In this document: in pieces, positions 19,734 through 33,850 of the stretch
Numbering within the stretch: the stretch's first letter is position 1
How the letters are laid out: every line of letters starts with the position of its first letter
NCBI RefSeq assembly: GCF_032062105.1
Contig: NW_026925150.1
Coordinates: forward strand, 128,655 to 192,654
DNA length: 64,000 bases
Reading direction: 5' to 3'
DNA from: Saccostrea cucullata
Taxonomy: Eukaryota
Position numbers and translations under genes: made by a program
The notes under the pieces: model-generated
The model's database searches: none
What the model was told of the DNA's origin: nothing
Seen by the model: the letters and a program-made list of their open reading frames with translations, nothing else

Positions 19734-22730
19734 ACTTATATTTACATTTGTGACTTATTCGTACTTTATATTTGCCTGATTGTCACTTTTAACGTGTGAA
19801 ATGCATTATTTTTCAAACCCAACGGCATGTATGTAATCCACTGAGTGCATGATGAGACTGCGAAATTACGTCAAACGTTTATCCATACGCACATCTATGA
19901 CCTATTGATCCTGTACCAGTATTTATACAGTATAGTTATGCATTGCTTTCAGTAATGTTATATAAAGGAGACATTTGCAAATGAAAATATATTAAACTAA
20001 CGAACATTTGTACATTTCTAATATAAATACTTTTTTTAAATGTAGATTGTAATGTTATTTACATACAGGTATGCATACATGTTATCTTCGTTGCTTTATT
20101 AAAAATAATATGAAGTGACTTAAAGTGATGTCACGGTGCTGCTGCGTAATTTTCTTTTGTTGTTTAACGTACCTCTAGAATTTTTTTGACTCGCATAGGA
20201 ACCCCATAATTTGCCGGTGGAGAGCTGTAAATTTTGTTCTATACTCGGCACTCAGGGCCACAGAAAAGTGAGTGAGTACCAGCACCTAATGCAATACATT
20301 TACAATGTAGATGTGTGCCTCCTTGGTTTATATAGTCTCAACCGAAGGTCCAATCTCCACGTCCCACAGTTGGATTCAATCCTGCGACTAAAGTCTCGAC
20401 TCCTTACCTCGCGACTCCAGGGCAGACTCTCTAAGAACTCGGCCACGCGGGCGATCATATCTGTTTGAAATATTGTAAATTTTCTTTTTATTTATTCAGA
20501 AGACTTTGATAAAATAAAGGCATTTAAAACTTTCTATAACTTAAGAAATATTAAAACTATCTAGTTGTTTAAGGAAAATATATATTTTATTACTCAATCA
20601 ATCTCCCTGAATCTTATCATCTCATAAATCACATAGCTATCCGATATAACTTTCTAGTTATAAAGTATCTATATCACCTTTAATACATTACATAAAAGAA
20701 TGCCAAAATAAAATGCTTCCGAAGAATAAAATTTTGAAAATCCCTCTATACTTATAAAGCCTGAAATTGATTTATTGCGGGCATCCGAGTGCTGCATTTG
20801 ATAAATCACTACAATTTGGCTTAATTTTGTCAGCGTTTATTAAATTGGAACAGAATCTCTTAGAGATTTTCTTACAATTACAAAAAGCATTTGTTTTCTG
20901 AAACTTTAAAAATAAAGTTCATAAAAGATTTTAATCCAGTGAAGAAAAGATTTTAAGGTTTTTCAGTGCATTTAACTGATTTTATATCTTGGGACATTGT
21001 TAAACAAAACGATTCTCGTAAATATTTCTCACCTATACATAACAAACCTTTGACAGAACATCGCCTGTTAAAGAAAAGAACGGTAAGATGGTACTTTTAT
21101 CAACTATAAAAAATAACCATGTAGTACATGTATAATCAAGTCTTACTTTTGAATTAACAAACTTTAAATCACTGCAGATTGATATCTTGTTGATATTAAT
21201 AGATATTAATGTTATTATATTAATAGTTATAAATTTCTATTTAGATATCTAACAGGTGAAAAGAGTGATCAGCAAATCGCCACCATCTCAAACCAGAAAA
21301 ATATATAGTTTGTAGCTTTATAAAAATTAAAAAAATCATTAGTTCGAAAAAATACATTAAATAATATAAAACTGTCTTCTTCAATTTACAGATTTTAATT
21401 GGAAAATTCAAATTTTTGTGGAGGACAAAACTAAATACCGCTCTGTAAAGCCAACAATGCATCGGAATAGTTTACCTATCATAGTTGATCTATACAGTTT
21501 GTTAAAACTATTGTTATAGTAGTGACGTTCAATTATTTTTTAGAATCTGTTGCAGGGGTCAACTAAAGGCCAGCCGGGGATTTTAGATGATTAATGTACA
21601 ATTAGTTTAAAAATATTGGAGCTGCTGAAAATGATACTTACTCTTATCATCTTCATGAACATGATGTTCATTTCAACAGTGTCACCTCAAGGTAACAATC
21701 ATGTACCAATTTGCTATCTTTAATCATTAAAACGTTGGAACAATTATGTTTAAATACTCGATGATGTATGTTACAAATAGGATCTCACATGATTTGTAGT
21801 TAAATGTGATTTTTATCCATCGAGTTGTGAGTTTTATATCCTTGAACCTTGGTGAGGGGATAAAAATACATAACGAATTGGATAAAAATCATCAAGCTAC
21901 AAAGCATGTGAGATTCTTTTTATCTCACGTTCTCATATTGGTTTATACATCACATCAATGTTTTGCACTGCTTTTATATAGGACTCAACTTTACATTTTT
22001 TTATTACGCTAACGCAAAACCCAATGAGACGTCATAACTGTGGGATACAAAAACAATATGAGCTATACCCACGGGATAAAGGGGATAAACATGGGATAAA
22101 TGTATTTACCTTCAATAAAAATATAAACTTTAAATTAAATAATTATAATTCTTAGATGGGAGATAAATGAATACACGTATACACCCTTATCAAGGTTTTG
22201 TCATAGAGATTATACCTGTTATACAAAAAAAGAATTCAATCCCTGTTCTAAAACAAATGACCAAAATTAAAGTTTACAAAAGTAGATCAAAGTCTAAGAC
22301 CAAGGTAAGAAATGTTTGTTCACACAGAGAAATGTGCTTTTTACCTGAAATGCACATATGACACGTGAGAGTCCTAGTATCAGCCATTCAGAACTTAACT
22401 TTCAACTTTTTCAAGTAAAGGTAAGTATAAATTTATACCAGAATCATGAAACAAAAAAATGTACCAATTAAAGAAACATCTTCCTAGAGGCCTACATTCA
22501 TGAAATATTAAGTTATAGCACCAATTTCTCAAAAGTAAATGCAAAGCCTAATATTAGAGTTTTGAGGATGTATAAGGATCAACATTAATTTTATATGCCT
22601 CCGAATCCGAGTCAGAAAAAATACAATTTGACATTGATTCAAATGCTCACTGATTTTTTTTATACTATTTGTAAGTCAATAATTTATACACTAAATTAAC
22701 GTCGGAATTTTCCGTTATTTCGCGATTAAA

Positions 22731-22960
22731 CAAGGAGCACACGTCGGTTGTGACCGGTCGGCAGGGAATGCTCACTTCTCCATGGTACCTGATCCCACCT
22801 CTGATGTTTTGGAGGTCCATGTTAGCTCTGCTCCTATTCTGTATATATAGACTTTTGTTTTTGAATATTGTTCGTTATCTCCATTGTTTCGTTGTAAAAT
22901 ATTGTCCGTCTCATTTATATGCCGTCTGTATCATGTTTAACTACGGTCAAAATCAGAAAA
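22731..22960 (+). repeat. Dispersed repeat (gagcacac..ggttgtgaccggt.ggcaggg.atgctcact.ctccatgg.acctgatcccacctctgatgttt.ggaggtcc), copy 1
   Basis: Matches 46752..46990. Confidence 0.6.
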
Positions 22961-24047
22961 AAAAATTGTAAAAAAAAAATCTTAAACATTGAACTTCTAA
23001 AGAAATGCTTCATATTCATTTTGTGTTTGTGGTAATTATACAAAGGGTGTCATAGCCTTTTGAAAATCCATTAAACAAGATGTAGAAAACCGATTTCTCC
23101 GTATAGCAGCTTTAATTTTGGCAAGGGTTGAGAATTTCCCAAATAGAAGTTCAACTCCAAGAATAATTTTTTTGGGGAGGGGGGGGGGAGGGTTTTCAAA
23201 GAAAGAACTTGTCAGGAGACACACACCAGTAAAATATATGAAAGTTTTTCAAGTTCAAAAGTAGTGGTCATGCAATGTTTACGTTTTTAAAAGGTGAGTC
23301 AAACTATAAGGTCAAGGTCAAATGGTGAAATATTTTTTACCATATTTAAGTAATGACAGTGGTTAAAGTTCGGAAAGGTTGGTTAAAAGTAAATCAAACT
23401 CCAAAGACAAGGTCACGAGTAACAAGAAATGTGAAATATGAAAAGTAAACACACTCAAATGTATTACCAACGTTTAAGTGTTATTTGGACAAACAGATAA
23501 ACAAACAGCTAGATGGGTGGACAGGATAAAAAGTAAATACCCCTCCTCAAATCTTCGATTATGGGAGCATCAAAATAATTTTCAGTAACTAAAACTGAGA
23601 AGTTTTGAAATTTTCCGCAGTTCAATGTTAAAATGCATGCGCTTCATGATCTTTTGGAAATGTTCACATTTAAATATAATTTTCAGTAAATACACGTTAT
23701 AACTGATTATTTTCTGGAATTTTTTGCAATGCAATGCTATGTAAGTGTGCATAGTCTTTTGGAAATGTTCACATTAAAAAATCAGCAATTATAACTAATT
23801 AGTTTTTGAAACTTTCATCAATGCAATTCTGCTCATTTGGTTTTGCATTTACAAATAGCATTTGAAAAGTAAATTTCAGCTTTAAGCTATGTTCTAGAGT
23901 TTATAAATGCAAACAGCCTTTCTTCATGTTGAGAGCATATAATTATGTTGTAATGTCAAATCAAAAAAGATCATTTACTAGTATTTAATTTCGTTTTCAT
24001 TTGTAGACACTTATTTTTCTCAACGAGAATCAAAATCTAATTCATTC

Positions 24048-24374
24048 ATGACAAAGACTAGCCCAAGTCTCCTGAGCTCCACAAAAAGACGATCAGTCAC
24101 TACGAAGTCAAACACTTCTACAACTCAGATGAAGAAACACTCACTCAATATTCAATTCGGAAAGAACATTTCGAAGAGACTATTTCTGTTCCCGGTTTGG
24201 TTCAAGTATATAGAAATTGGAGTGATTTCTATTACGGTTATTTTAGGCATTGGAGTTCTTGGTTGCTGTTGTTCAGAGTTCTGTGGAGGCAAACGCACAG
24301 AGGATGAGGAAGAAAGAAAATATCGAAAGCAAAGAAACCTTAAAGCTCGTCTATCAATCTGTCACAAAACTTGA
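24048..24374 (+). CDS. Hypothetical small single-pass membrane protein (108 aa), unsupported
   Basis: ATG ORF with a Ser/Thr-rich N-terminus and hydrophobic segment IEIGVISITVILGIGVLGCCC. AATAAA about 90 nt downstream at about 24468. No homology recognised. Confidence 0.15.
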   Translation: MTKTSPSLLSSTKRRSVTTKSNTSTTQMKKHSLNIQFGKNISKRLFLFPVWFKYIEIGVISITVILGIGVLGCCCSEFCGGKRTEDEEERKYRKQRNLKARLSICHKT

Positions 24375-27300
24375 CGCATTGGTCATAACATTTGACAAAG
24401 GACAAATACAGCTTTCATATTTAACATACATGTAAATGTATAATACTTGTGACAAGATTTGTACAATAAATTTTCAAACCGTGATGTTGAAATCTTACCT
24501 CTTTTTCAACTTTTTTAACATTACTCTCAATTGGTCACAACTTTTTAAAGAAAAGATATGGTTTCATGTTATAAATGTGTGTTACCTAAGATAGCGTCTT
24601 TCTAAAAGCATGTATACTATGAAATTTGATCCTGTGACCTTGAAGTTTGACCTACTTTTTAAAAATTTTATCTTTCCTTATAAATTTTGATACTGAATAC
24701 TACGAATTTTCGCTTTTACTTAGCTAGTAGTTCAAGTGAGCGATTTGGCCCCTGGGCCTCAATTTGATCCTTTAACCTTCATGTTGACCAAATTGAAAAA
24801 AAAAATAATTTTGGTGATTTTATAAACAGGCATTCATATTTCACACGATGTACCATACATGGACATTTGAGGGTGCAAGGGTGAACATCGATAAGTTTAG
24901 CGAATTTGAACTTTTGAGCAAAATTTACAAGGGTCATGCAAATTAAACTTTTACATTTGTCTATTTTCTCCTTTGCGCGTCACGGTGTCTCTTTAATTAC
25001 ATAATTACATTTTGTTTACAATTGATAATTTTTACTCTTTTTACTTTACTGAATTTGGTATAACATGAATGCATGATTATTTCATTTAAAAATTGTGGTT
25101 TTATAGTACTTTTGCCCCCAAACACCTTATTTGACCAAGCTAAAGTTACAAAGCTTCACAAAAGGAATTTATCAATTTATTTCTTAAATTTGATAAATCT
25201 GCAGTCGTATTTCATTGACTAGATCTTGACCTTAAATGCACTTTCGATTTGTCTTCTGTTTAAGTTAAGCTCTGATTTTTAATGTACAACTGATGCACAA
25301 TTTTCAACACTTTAAAAACTTGAATTCCATGTAGAAACCCTAACTACTACTGTTCAATTTAGTTGAGTATATGATTGGAAGATAAACATGCTAAAAACAC
25401 CATGACATTTCATACTGAAGAATAAGTTCATGTACAGTACGTACAGTAGCTATACTGAAGAATAAAAAAGTACACACATTAAATAAGATTGGAAAATTGG
25501 TGAAAAGGTATGGTTTTGTTTATATTCAATTTGGGGGTGAGCGGGAGTATCAACTTAATAATAATTAAAGATGACAGACCATGCAACCGTGTCTTCGATA
25601 ATATTCTATTTGTCTATTGGGGGGGGGGGCTTTAAAATTACACATTCAAGTAACAGTTTTTTTAAAAAGCTTGCCTGACTAATGCCATCGATATCTATAG
25701 AACCTATAAGCATGATAAGTTAAAACGTTTACATTGGGGGGAGGGGGGTTAAATTATTTCACAAGAGTAAATTATGAAGATAATGCACAAAACATCATGC
25801 ATTCATTTTAAGTTGTATGATACTCATCAGAGCAATGGAAAAAATAACACATTTTATATAAAACGTAATTACAAATGTATTGTGTTTATCTAAAAAAATG
25901 AAATCATGTACATGTCCCGCTGTAGATTCGAACCCGCGACGTAAAGATGAACACTTCACTACGAGAGTCTAAATATGGTTTTGTAGGATGGAGTAAATAA
26001 GGGAAAACACTAATGTAATTGATTAATCCTGGAAAGCATGGCTACATGTAAAGGTTACATAAATCAGGTTCAACTGCATACAGCATATGCATAGGCTTTG
26101 AGGAAGACAGCTGAAAATATGATATAACTTCAAGAATTTGGGAATCGTAACGATTACATGTATGACTGACATGCAGGATGTGTTTACTAGTTTCTTGGGT
26201 ATTCCAGAGCATCAAAGATTGTTGGAAACGTGGGATAAATAATTAAAGCCCTTTATGCTTATATGACTCAACAAACCTGACGGCGATATATGAATGGCGA
26301 CAGGCGCGGATTCAGGAAGTTTTTCCCAGAGATGAGGGGTCCACATAAAAAATATTTGTACTAGCAAAAGAGTAGTGATAACTTTCTCAATCCTGAGAGG
26401 ACACTTTCATAAGTCTATATTCTGTGGAGGACCCCCTGGAGGAGGGGGGGGGGGTACGATCAGATGTATGACCATTTGGTATCTTTGGCCAGTACATGAT
26501 ATCGTCTTACGAGGTTTTTGTTCCTTTAGTTTTTATTACTTTAAATGATGTAACTTCTAATTTACTTCACAATATCACCGATATGTTTTTTTTCCCCAAA
26601 GCTCGACCAGGATTCCGACAAAAAAGAACAGACTTTATATAATTCATGCAGTTTTCTTTTCCATTCAATAGGAAAATGACGCAAAAACTTACACGTGACA
26701 TTTTGGCACGAAATGATCGATTGTGTCACCCCTTACCTAGAAGACAAATGGACTAATCCAGTAGTACAGAAACGCAGAAAAAATGTCAAACGGACATGTC
26801 TGTATAAGACATGTAAGAACTCGCATGAAATAAATAGCTGCTAGCAAAAAGCTAAAGGAAATAAATACGTCAATTTATTGTATCAGCAATATGGTTATTT
26901 TTCTGCTTACTGTTGTTTCTGAAACGCATGTAACAAAATCCGATTATAATCAGCATTTACAAAATTTTGCTGGCTAAAGTTCTGTGTCTACCTCAAGAAG
27001 TAGCTTCGCACCTAGGAAATATTGATCCTTATTATAGTAGTGCCTGACGCCGTGACGTCAGGCAATCATCACATACACTAGACAAAATTGCTAACGCACC
27101 ACTTGTAAATTTTCATTGTGTATTGAACATTTGTCGGATCAGTTCTAGTGTATATGATATGCCATGATTTCAAAAGCAGTGAGAGTGACAAATGTCTTGG
27201 CATCATGAACAAACCCACGAAAACCCTTCTTGTCCGAATACCAATTTCCAGCTGTGTACTGCGCACCAATTTTGCACATGTATAAAATTCTTGATCACTT

Positions 27301-27640
27301 AAGGGGTCTATGAGATTGCCCTACATTGTAGGAGTAGTCCTCACTTAAAAATCAAACAAGCTAATTCAGAGAATTCGTGTCCCCCGCTTAGGGAAAAAGT
27401 CGGTTCCCCCTGACTGAATTTGTAGAATTATTAAATGTATACATGTATACTGAAGCAAATAAAATACATGTAGGTCAATATGCATATAAAGATTTGATTG
27501 CTTATTCTTCATTATATGTATAGAATTTTTATCACACTGTAATGATGATTTTATAACCTCATAAATTTTTCATTTCACATGCTGAATACTATCATTTAGT
27601 AAAAAAAGAAAAAAAAAGTATTTAAAAAAAAAAAAAGAAA

Positions 27641-27711
27641 GGTTCGACTGAGATTCGATCCCGGAACCTCTCCCACTTGAAGCGAGAGACATAACCACTA
27701 GACCACGGAAT
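27641..27711 (-). pseudogene. tRNA-like sequence (degenerate cloverleaf), possibly a tRNA-derived SINE head
   Basis: Minus-strand read GATTCCGTGGTCTAGTGGTTATGTCTCTCGCTTCAAGTGGGAGAGGTTCCGGGATCGAATCTCAGTCGAACC. D-arm resembles tRNA-Glu/Asp type GTCTAGTGGTTA. T-loop ATCGAAT and acceptor pair in only 5 of 7 positions. A long oligo-T run follows (plus 27601..27640 is A-rich). Confidence 0.35.
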
Positions 27712-27989
27712 CGCTGTACATCCAGTGAAGTATATGCAGAAGTGAAGTCACATACATGTATATATTCATGTTTTCATGTTCGGTATTCTCAAAATTTTAC
27801 ACAATCCATGGTGTTTGATTTATTTAGCCTTTATTAAACAGTTCTAATAGATGTAATAAGAACATAAAGTCCGCCGAGAACCTGTTTTATACGCAATAAC
27901 TCTACTTCATGCCCCTGCGGTAAAAATAGCGACATGTAAAACTATAAATACTAATAAAACAAACGGGGCGGGGCACTTTGAGAGGGGTG

Positions 27990-28450
27990 AGAGACGTCCT
28001 AGGGAGTTTTGATATAAAATTACATTGCAAAAGCTCAAAATCTTCTTGAAATATCGCCCGGAAATAATAGTATTACACACAGACAGAATGTATAAATTTA
28101 CGACCTTGAACTTTGACCTTTTGACCTCAAAATCAATAGGGGTCTTCATTAGGCCACAGGGATTTGCTATGTAAAATTTCATTGCAATAGCTCAAATGGT
28201 TCTAGAGATATCGTGTGGAAACGAAAGTGTTTTAACAGACAGAATTTGCTTATTTATGACCTTGACCTTTGACCTTTTGACCTCAAAATCAATAGGGGTC
28301 TTCTTTAGTCCACAGGGAGTTGCTATGCTAAATTTCATTGCAAAAGCTCAAAGGGTTCTCGAGATATCGTGTGGAAACGAAAGCGTTACAGACAGACAGA
28401 AAGACGGACGGACGGACGGACGGACGGACAGACGGTCGGACGGACAAACC
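27990..28450 (-). repeat. About three tandem ~160-bp units ending in a (GACG/GACA)n tract; member of the (GTCY)n-bearing element group in minus orientation
   Basis: gaccttgaactttgaccttttgacctcaaaatcaataggggtcttc...gttctagagatatcgtgtggaaacgaaag repeated, then cagacagacagaaagacggacggacggacgg. ORFs 28196..28538 are artefacts of the repeat. Confidence 0.7.
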
Positions 28451-29599
28451 CAAATTAATATCCCCCACTTTTCAAGCGGGGGACAATTACAAAGAGTCAT
28501 TGACTCTCATATCTCCTAGTAATCATCTGATACCTTAGTGTCCATACCAAATTCACTCCACTTCCGGTCTACCAAGTTTTGTGGAACATTTTTAAATTTC
28601 TTTTATGCTGCAAACTTAATGCCGTGATTATTTATAGTAAATATTTTTATGTTTGTTAATCTATTCGGAAGAATTTTAAGAGTGGAATTCACAACCTTTC
28701 TATTGTTTTTATTTTTTACAAATTTTTCTAAAGAAACCCCCCTGCAGACGCCATCCTGTCTGCGTTTGCACGCTCTTCTAGCGTCAAACGCCGCATACGG
28801 TGTACTTTTTCCCTGTTTTTTAAATTAGTACAAATGTAAAGAACATAAAACCAAAGAAAAAATTGAAATCGTTTTCTCAAAAATGGAATAGACACGATTA
28901 TATCTTTTTCTACGAATTGGTCACACTTCAATAAACATTGTAGTTATTTATAAGGTTTAGCATTAATAAGCCTTATTTTTTGTTAAAGTAACATATTTAT
29001 ATATCAAATACATAATAAACAAGTTTTTAAAAGTAAAATATTAATTTTCTTAGGTGGTGCGTTAGCAATTTTGTCCAGTGTATACATCAGGGACATGTAC
29101 TATATGTTTTAAAATTTTAAGAATTTCACTCTATATCAGTGCTTTGAATACTAAATAGAAGCACTTATAGATAAAAAAGAAAACTTGTAGTTCAAAACCA
29201 CACTGTGCGAACACGTTATGGGGCGAATAAAATAAAAATTAAAGTATAAATTTAATTTTATTCCTTGGGCCGAGCAGTCTTCGGTATGGGCCGAGGTGTC
29301 AATGATTTTGAGCCGACCTGTCAGGGCCGAGGTGTCAACCAGCGCGGGCCATGATGTTGTTGAGCCGTGTAGTCTGTCTACTGAGGACTGGAGGGACCCC
29401 CCCCCCCCTCCCAGTATCCGCCACTGAGAATTAAAACATGAATCCAGATGCATCCATCATAAATAAGAACATCAGATTCTCCTTTATCATGTCTATTTAT
29501 TTCAAACATTACATTTCGTCTGGCTAGTGTGAGTATGTGTAGCATTTAAATGATTTACTTTTGGACCGAAACCCCAAGCAACCGCTTTCCGGATATTCT

Positions 29600-30180
29600 A
29601 TTTTTTTAGCGATGCGTCGATTTATCCCAAAGGACCCAAAAGGAACCCAAATGCAATTAAAAACAACCCCAAAGTACTTGAAATAGAGAATAAATGGATA
29701 TTCAATGAACAATCCCATATCTTATTTAAAATAAAACTTAGTTTTGGGGTGTTTGAGGTAGGGGTGGGGGTCTCCGCACCAACCCCCATACGCCACCCAC
29801 ACATGATAGCATCCCCGATACCAAATATCCAGAACAATGTCATAAAATAAATCTTATTTCTTCATTAAATATCATAAAGTAAGATATCGTAAAATATTAG
29901 AAATATAATAATACTTTGTTATTTTCAGCTAAAAAAGCATATCAAACCTGATCTTTATGTGTCATTTAAGATGTATGCTATTTTGAAACAATATAATTTT
30001 ATGTTTTTGCCAACTTATTATATAATAGTCATAATTTAATTTAAAATATTAATGTTCAATATATCACAGTATATTCATATTGAGTCGTTTTGATTTCCTT
30101 TTGACAAGTTTTGGGTCCTTTGGGGTTCCTTTTGGTTTCTTTTGGGTCCTTTTGGGTAAATCGACACACCCATTTTAAAG
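29600..30180. mobile_element. MITE-like element with ~45-bp TIRs (GTCGATTTAYCCCAAAGGACCCAAAAGGAACCCAAA)
   Basis: Left arm 29612..29660 is the reverse complement of the right arm 30120..30170. Confidence 0.55.
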
Positions 30181-30898
30181 CTTTCCCCGCTGAAATCAAA
30201 TGAGGCAGATTTGACAATATTATTTGGTGATGGCAAAACGTCATAATATTCCACTGAAGCTAATTGCAAATGTCAACCCAAACCTGATCAAGTAAGTAAA
30301 AATGGATAAATTTGCTAAAGGGCAGAGGCTTGGATTGATCTACAACAGAGAAATATAGATCTACCCTTGATATGTGTTTATCTAATTTATTATGGAAAGT
30401 TCGATAGTATGTAACTGAGAAGAAAAAAACACATCTATCATATTCAGTCTCTACTACTAATGTACTTGGCATTTTATCTTATCAACATTAAGTTTGAAAA
30501 TGCATTTGCATTAATTATTTGTCATTAAATACTGATGCCCCATACCACAATATACATATGTACATTGAAGAGTCATATGTCTAATTTATGTACATGTTTA
30601 TATAGGTTCATGTATGTCTAAATGTTTTGTTTTTTTTTCCTTTCTCTGTCAACTATGTTTTAGGCCTTTCTCTTGTAAGATTGTTCTCTTTATCATGTTT
30701 ATGCTCATCAGGTCCAGTACAATCACTACATTTAGCTACGTAGCTAGATTTACCTACTTAGGTATTTAAACCTACCGGTAGTAGCTTTATTTACCTACCT
30801 GATATGTTTTTAATAAAATAAAAATTAAAATAGTCGCATGAAAAAAATGTGTGGGTCACGGGGGCGGGAATGTGAGTGAATCTCACATATGAAAAAAA

Positions 30899-31303
30899 GG
30901 GTACTACTAAACAGAGTACGATAGAGTACTTTAGAGTACGCTAGAAAATTTGTGTATTTTGATATAATTAAATTGTTTTTTCATGTATATATAACTTGAT
31001 TAAACAGTATTTTAAAATAATATTGCAACATTTGTCCCAAATATTCGAATTTTACCGATAGTTTAACAAGAAAGCACCATTCATATTTCAATGCATTAAA
31101 TTTTATCAACACCCAATCTCGGTTCCTATTTTGTTTTAGACTTATTAACTTTAACTTAATTTAATTTATCAAAATTTAAATTAATTGTATTGCGTGAAAT
31201 TCAATATTTTTCACATTAAAAAATAAAACATTTGAAGTTAAAATTAGATCGGGGTCGGGATAAAGTACTCTATCGTACTAGCGTACTCTGTTTAGTAGGA
31301 CCG
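30899..31303. mobile_element. MITE (about 405 bp) with ~20-bp TIRs GGTACTACTAAACAGAGTACG and a candidate 9-bp TSD TGAAAAAAA
   Basis: Left: tgaaaaaaa g GGTACTACTAAACAGAGTACG. Right: CGTACTCTGTTTAGTAGGACC g tgaaaaaaa. AT-rich interior without ORFs. Confidence 0.6.
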
Positions 31304-32773
31304 TGAAAAAAATGATATAAAAGTGCTGCGATTACCTGTAATCGTCAGTATTATAATAAAGGATTTCGTGCAATGAAGTCGACAACCCTATGTTTGCGAG
31401 TTTCCTCTGAGATAAAAGTAATAAATCAAGCCACCATTTAACACACTGAAATCCAACATATTATAACTTAGGCTTATTTCATTTATTTCATCCTTAACCC
31501 ACCTCACTTTAAAACTCTTGCACAAAAATCTACAGCTTTGCACAAAAAATGTAAGACATAGTCGAGAGATTGTACAGTAATATCCAAAGATTTTGGGGAA
31601 ATTTAATAGTTTCAATGTTGGCAAAATTGGCAGAAGATGTGTAATTGACCTCTGAAATGTTAATGAAATGGAGTAATTTTCCTTGAACATTTGTTGAAAG
31701 ATACCATGTTATTTTTTTAATATCAACATATCTGCTCAGGAGATATTAAGTTTGTTGAGTCTATGAAAAGAAGTACATATATTTACAATTTTCTTAGCCA
31801 TAAATCATCTTAAATCAGCAGCAAACTCAAAATATTAATGTTTTTTGCAATTACTAACACTGACTAATAGGCATTCTACTTTTTAAGCATTAACTCAATT
31901 GAGTTACTTTTTTGTTTACATGGTTTAGTAACTAACAAGTGAAGTAACATAAACAAGTTATTTTAGAAAATTACTTGATTCCATCATGCCCCTGACTGAT
32001 AAAAGTAATGCATCTGATTCTCCAAAATAAAAAAAAAAATGAGATCACTAATGTTTAATACCTAACCTTCTTGTATATATTGTGGTGGAAAACATATTAA
32101 TATAAACATAAAACTAACATATTAAATTTGTAAATAAATTCTTTTTAAAAAAGATGAACCTCTTTTCAAAGGTCACCTCTCTATAAAGGTCACTTTTGGT
32201 GGATCCTGTTGCCGTTAGATACATTGCAGTCACGTACATCGTTTATACAAATAATAAATTTAATTGTTTTAGCATCAGAGCGCTCTTTTGTGGCATTATG
32301 AGCATTATTGATAAAATTAAATAACCATTAATTTAGTTCAAAGTTCTACAAATATTCTAGTACCATGGACTCTCATGTAAATAATTGTTGGTAAATTATT
32401 TTGTTGAACTCAGTTGAAAGTGATTACATAATGTATTCTAAATTTTTCAGCTGGAAAATAAAAGCCAAAGTTATCTTCAACAATGAAAGGGAAAAGGTGA
32501 AACCTATCAGCACTGGAAAAATATGCAGGGTTACATTGGAGGATGAGTCAGGACAGATGGCTGGAATATCCTATGGCGATATTGCAGAATGCATTGCTTT
32601 AAATCTGACAAATAATGGGGTAAATTATTCAGTTTCATTTATTTTGCTTTATTTTTACTGTGCAGATATATAAAAAAAAAATTGTGTTCATTGAACAGTT
32701 GAAGACAGCTAACATTGCTTTTAACATGTATAAATCAAATAAATCAATAATATTTGTTATAAATTATTCATTG

Positions 32774-32812
<39 letters not shown>

Positions 32813-33850
32813 GTCACATTTTGTCTGTAGTCCGTCCGTCTGTCTGTCCGTCCGTCCGTCCGTTTGTCCATCTGTAAACTTTTCACATTTTTGACTTCTT
32901 CTCAAGAACTACAGGCCAATTTTGACCAAACTTAGTACAAAGCATCCTTGGGTAAAGGGGAATTTAAATTGGGAAAATGAAGGGCCAATTCCCTTAAAAA
33001 GGGGAGATAATCAAGAAAAGACAAAAATATAGTGGGTCCTTAAAAAATCTTCTTCTAAAGAACCACGGGGCCAGAAAATCTGAAACTTATGTGGAAGCAT
33101 CCTTGGGAAGTGTAGATTCTAAATTGTAAAAATCATGACCCCCTGGGATAGGGTGGGGCCACAATGGGGAATCAAAGTTGTACATAGCAAAATAGAGGAA
33201 AAATCTTTGAAAATCTTCTTTTTAAGAACCACTGAGCCAGAAAAGCTGAAACTTATGTGGAAGCATACTGGGAAGTGTAGATTCTAAATTGTTCAAATCA
33301 TGATCCCCAGGGATTGGGTTGGGCCACTATGGGAATCAAACTTTTACCATGTTTACATAGAAATATATAAGAAAAATCTTTAAAAATCCTTTTCCTAAAA
33401 ACCACTGGGCCAGAAAAGCTGAAACTTATGTTGAAGCATCCTGGGGTAGTGTAGATTCTTTATTGTTCAAATCATTATCCCCGGGGGTTGGGCGGGGCCA
33501 TAATGAGGAATCAAACTTTTACATGAAAATATATAGGAAAAATCTTCTTCACAAGAACCACTGGGCTAGAAAAGCAGAAACTTTTGTGGAAGCATCCTGG
33601 GACAGTGTAGATTCTAATTTGTTCTAAACATGTCACCCCCTGGGGTAGGGTGGGACCACAATGGGGAATCAAAGTTTTACAATGTTGAATCAAATTAAAG
33701 CATCCTATGGTAGTGTAGATTTCAAATTGTTTAAATTATGAGCAGTTGGGTAGGGTTGGGTCACAATATGTATAACAAGGGGGAAATCTGGTAAAGAACG
33801 GTATGTTCAAAGCTTCTCAGGTGAGCGATGTGGCCTATGGGCCTCTTGTT
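32774..33850 (+). mobile_element. TIR-bounded nonautonomous element (R3): TTAGCTCACCTGAGCC hairpin head, (GTCC)n, and a ~165-bp satellite with about 5 units
   Basis: ttagctcacctgagccgaaggctcaagtgagctttt..gtccgtccgtctgtctgtccgtccgtcc..aaacttttcacatttttgacttcttctcaagaactac.. Tail gcttctcaggtgagcgatgtggcctatgggcctcttgtttt. Confidence 0.75.

Noticed and set aside
9372-20433. Shared 12-mer agggcagactct at 9372 and 20420 as evidence that the two SINE-like regions are one family
   Set aside because: The orientation relative to the tRNA-like parts is inconsistent, and the match is short. Probably coincidence.
28196-28538. ORFs translating (GACG)n as DGRTDGRTD; also 50008..50316, 53698..54009, 55427..55893 and 62..406
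   Set aside because: Products of microsatellite or minisatellite translation, with repetitive peptide sequence.
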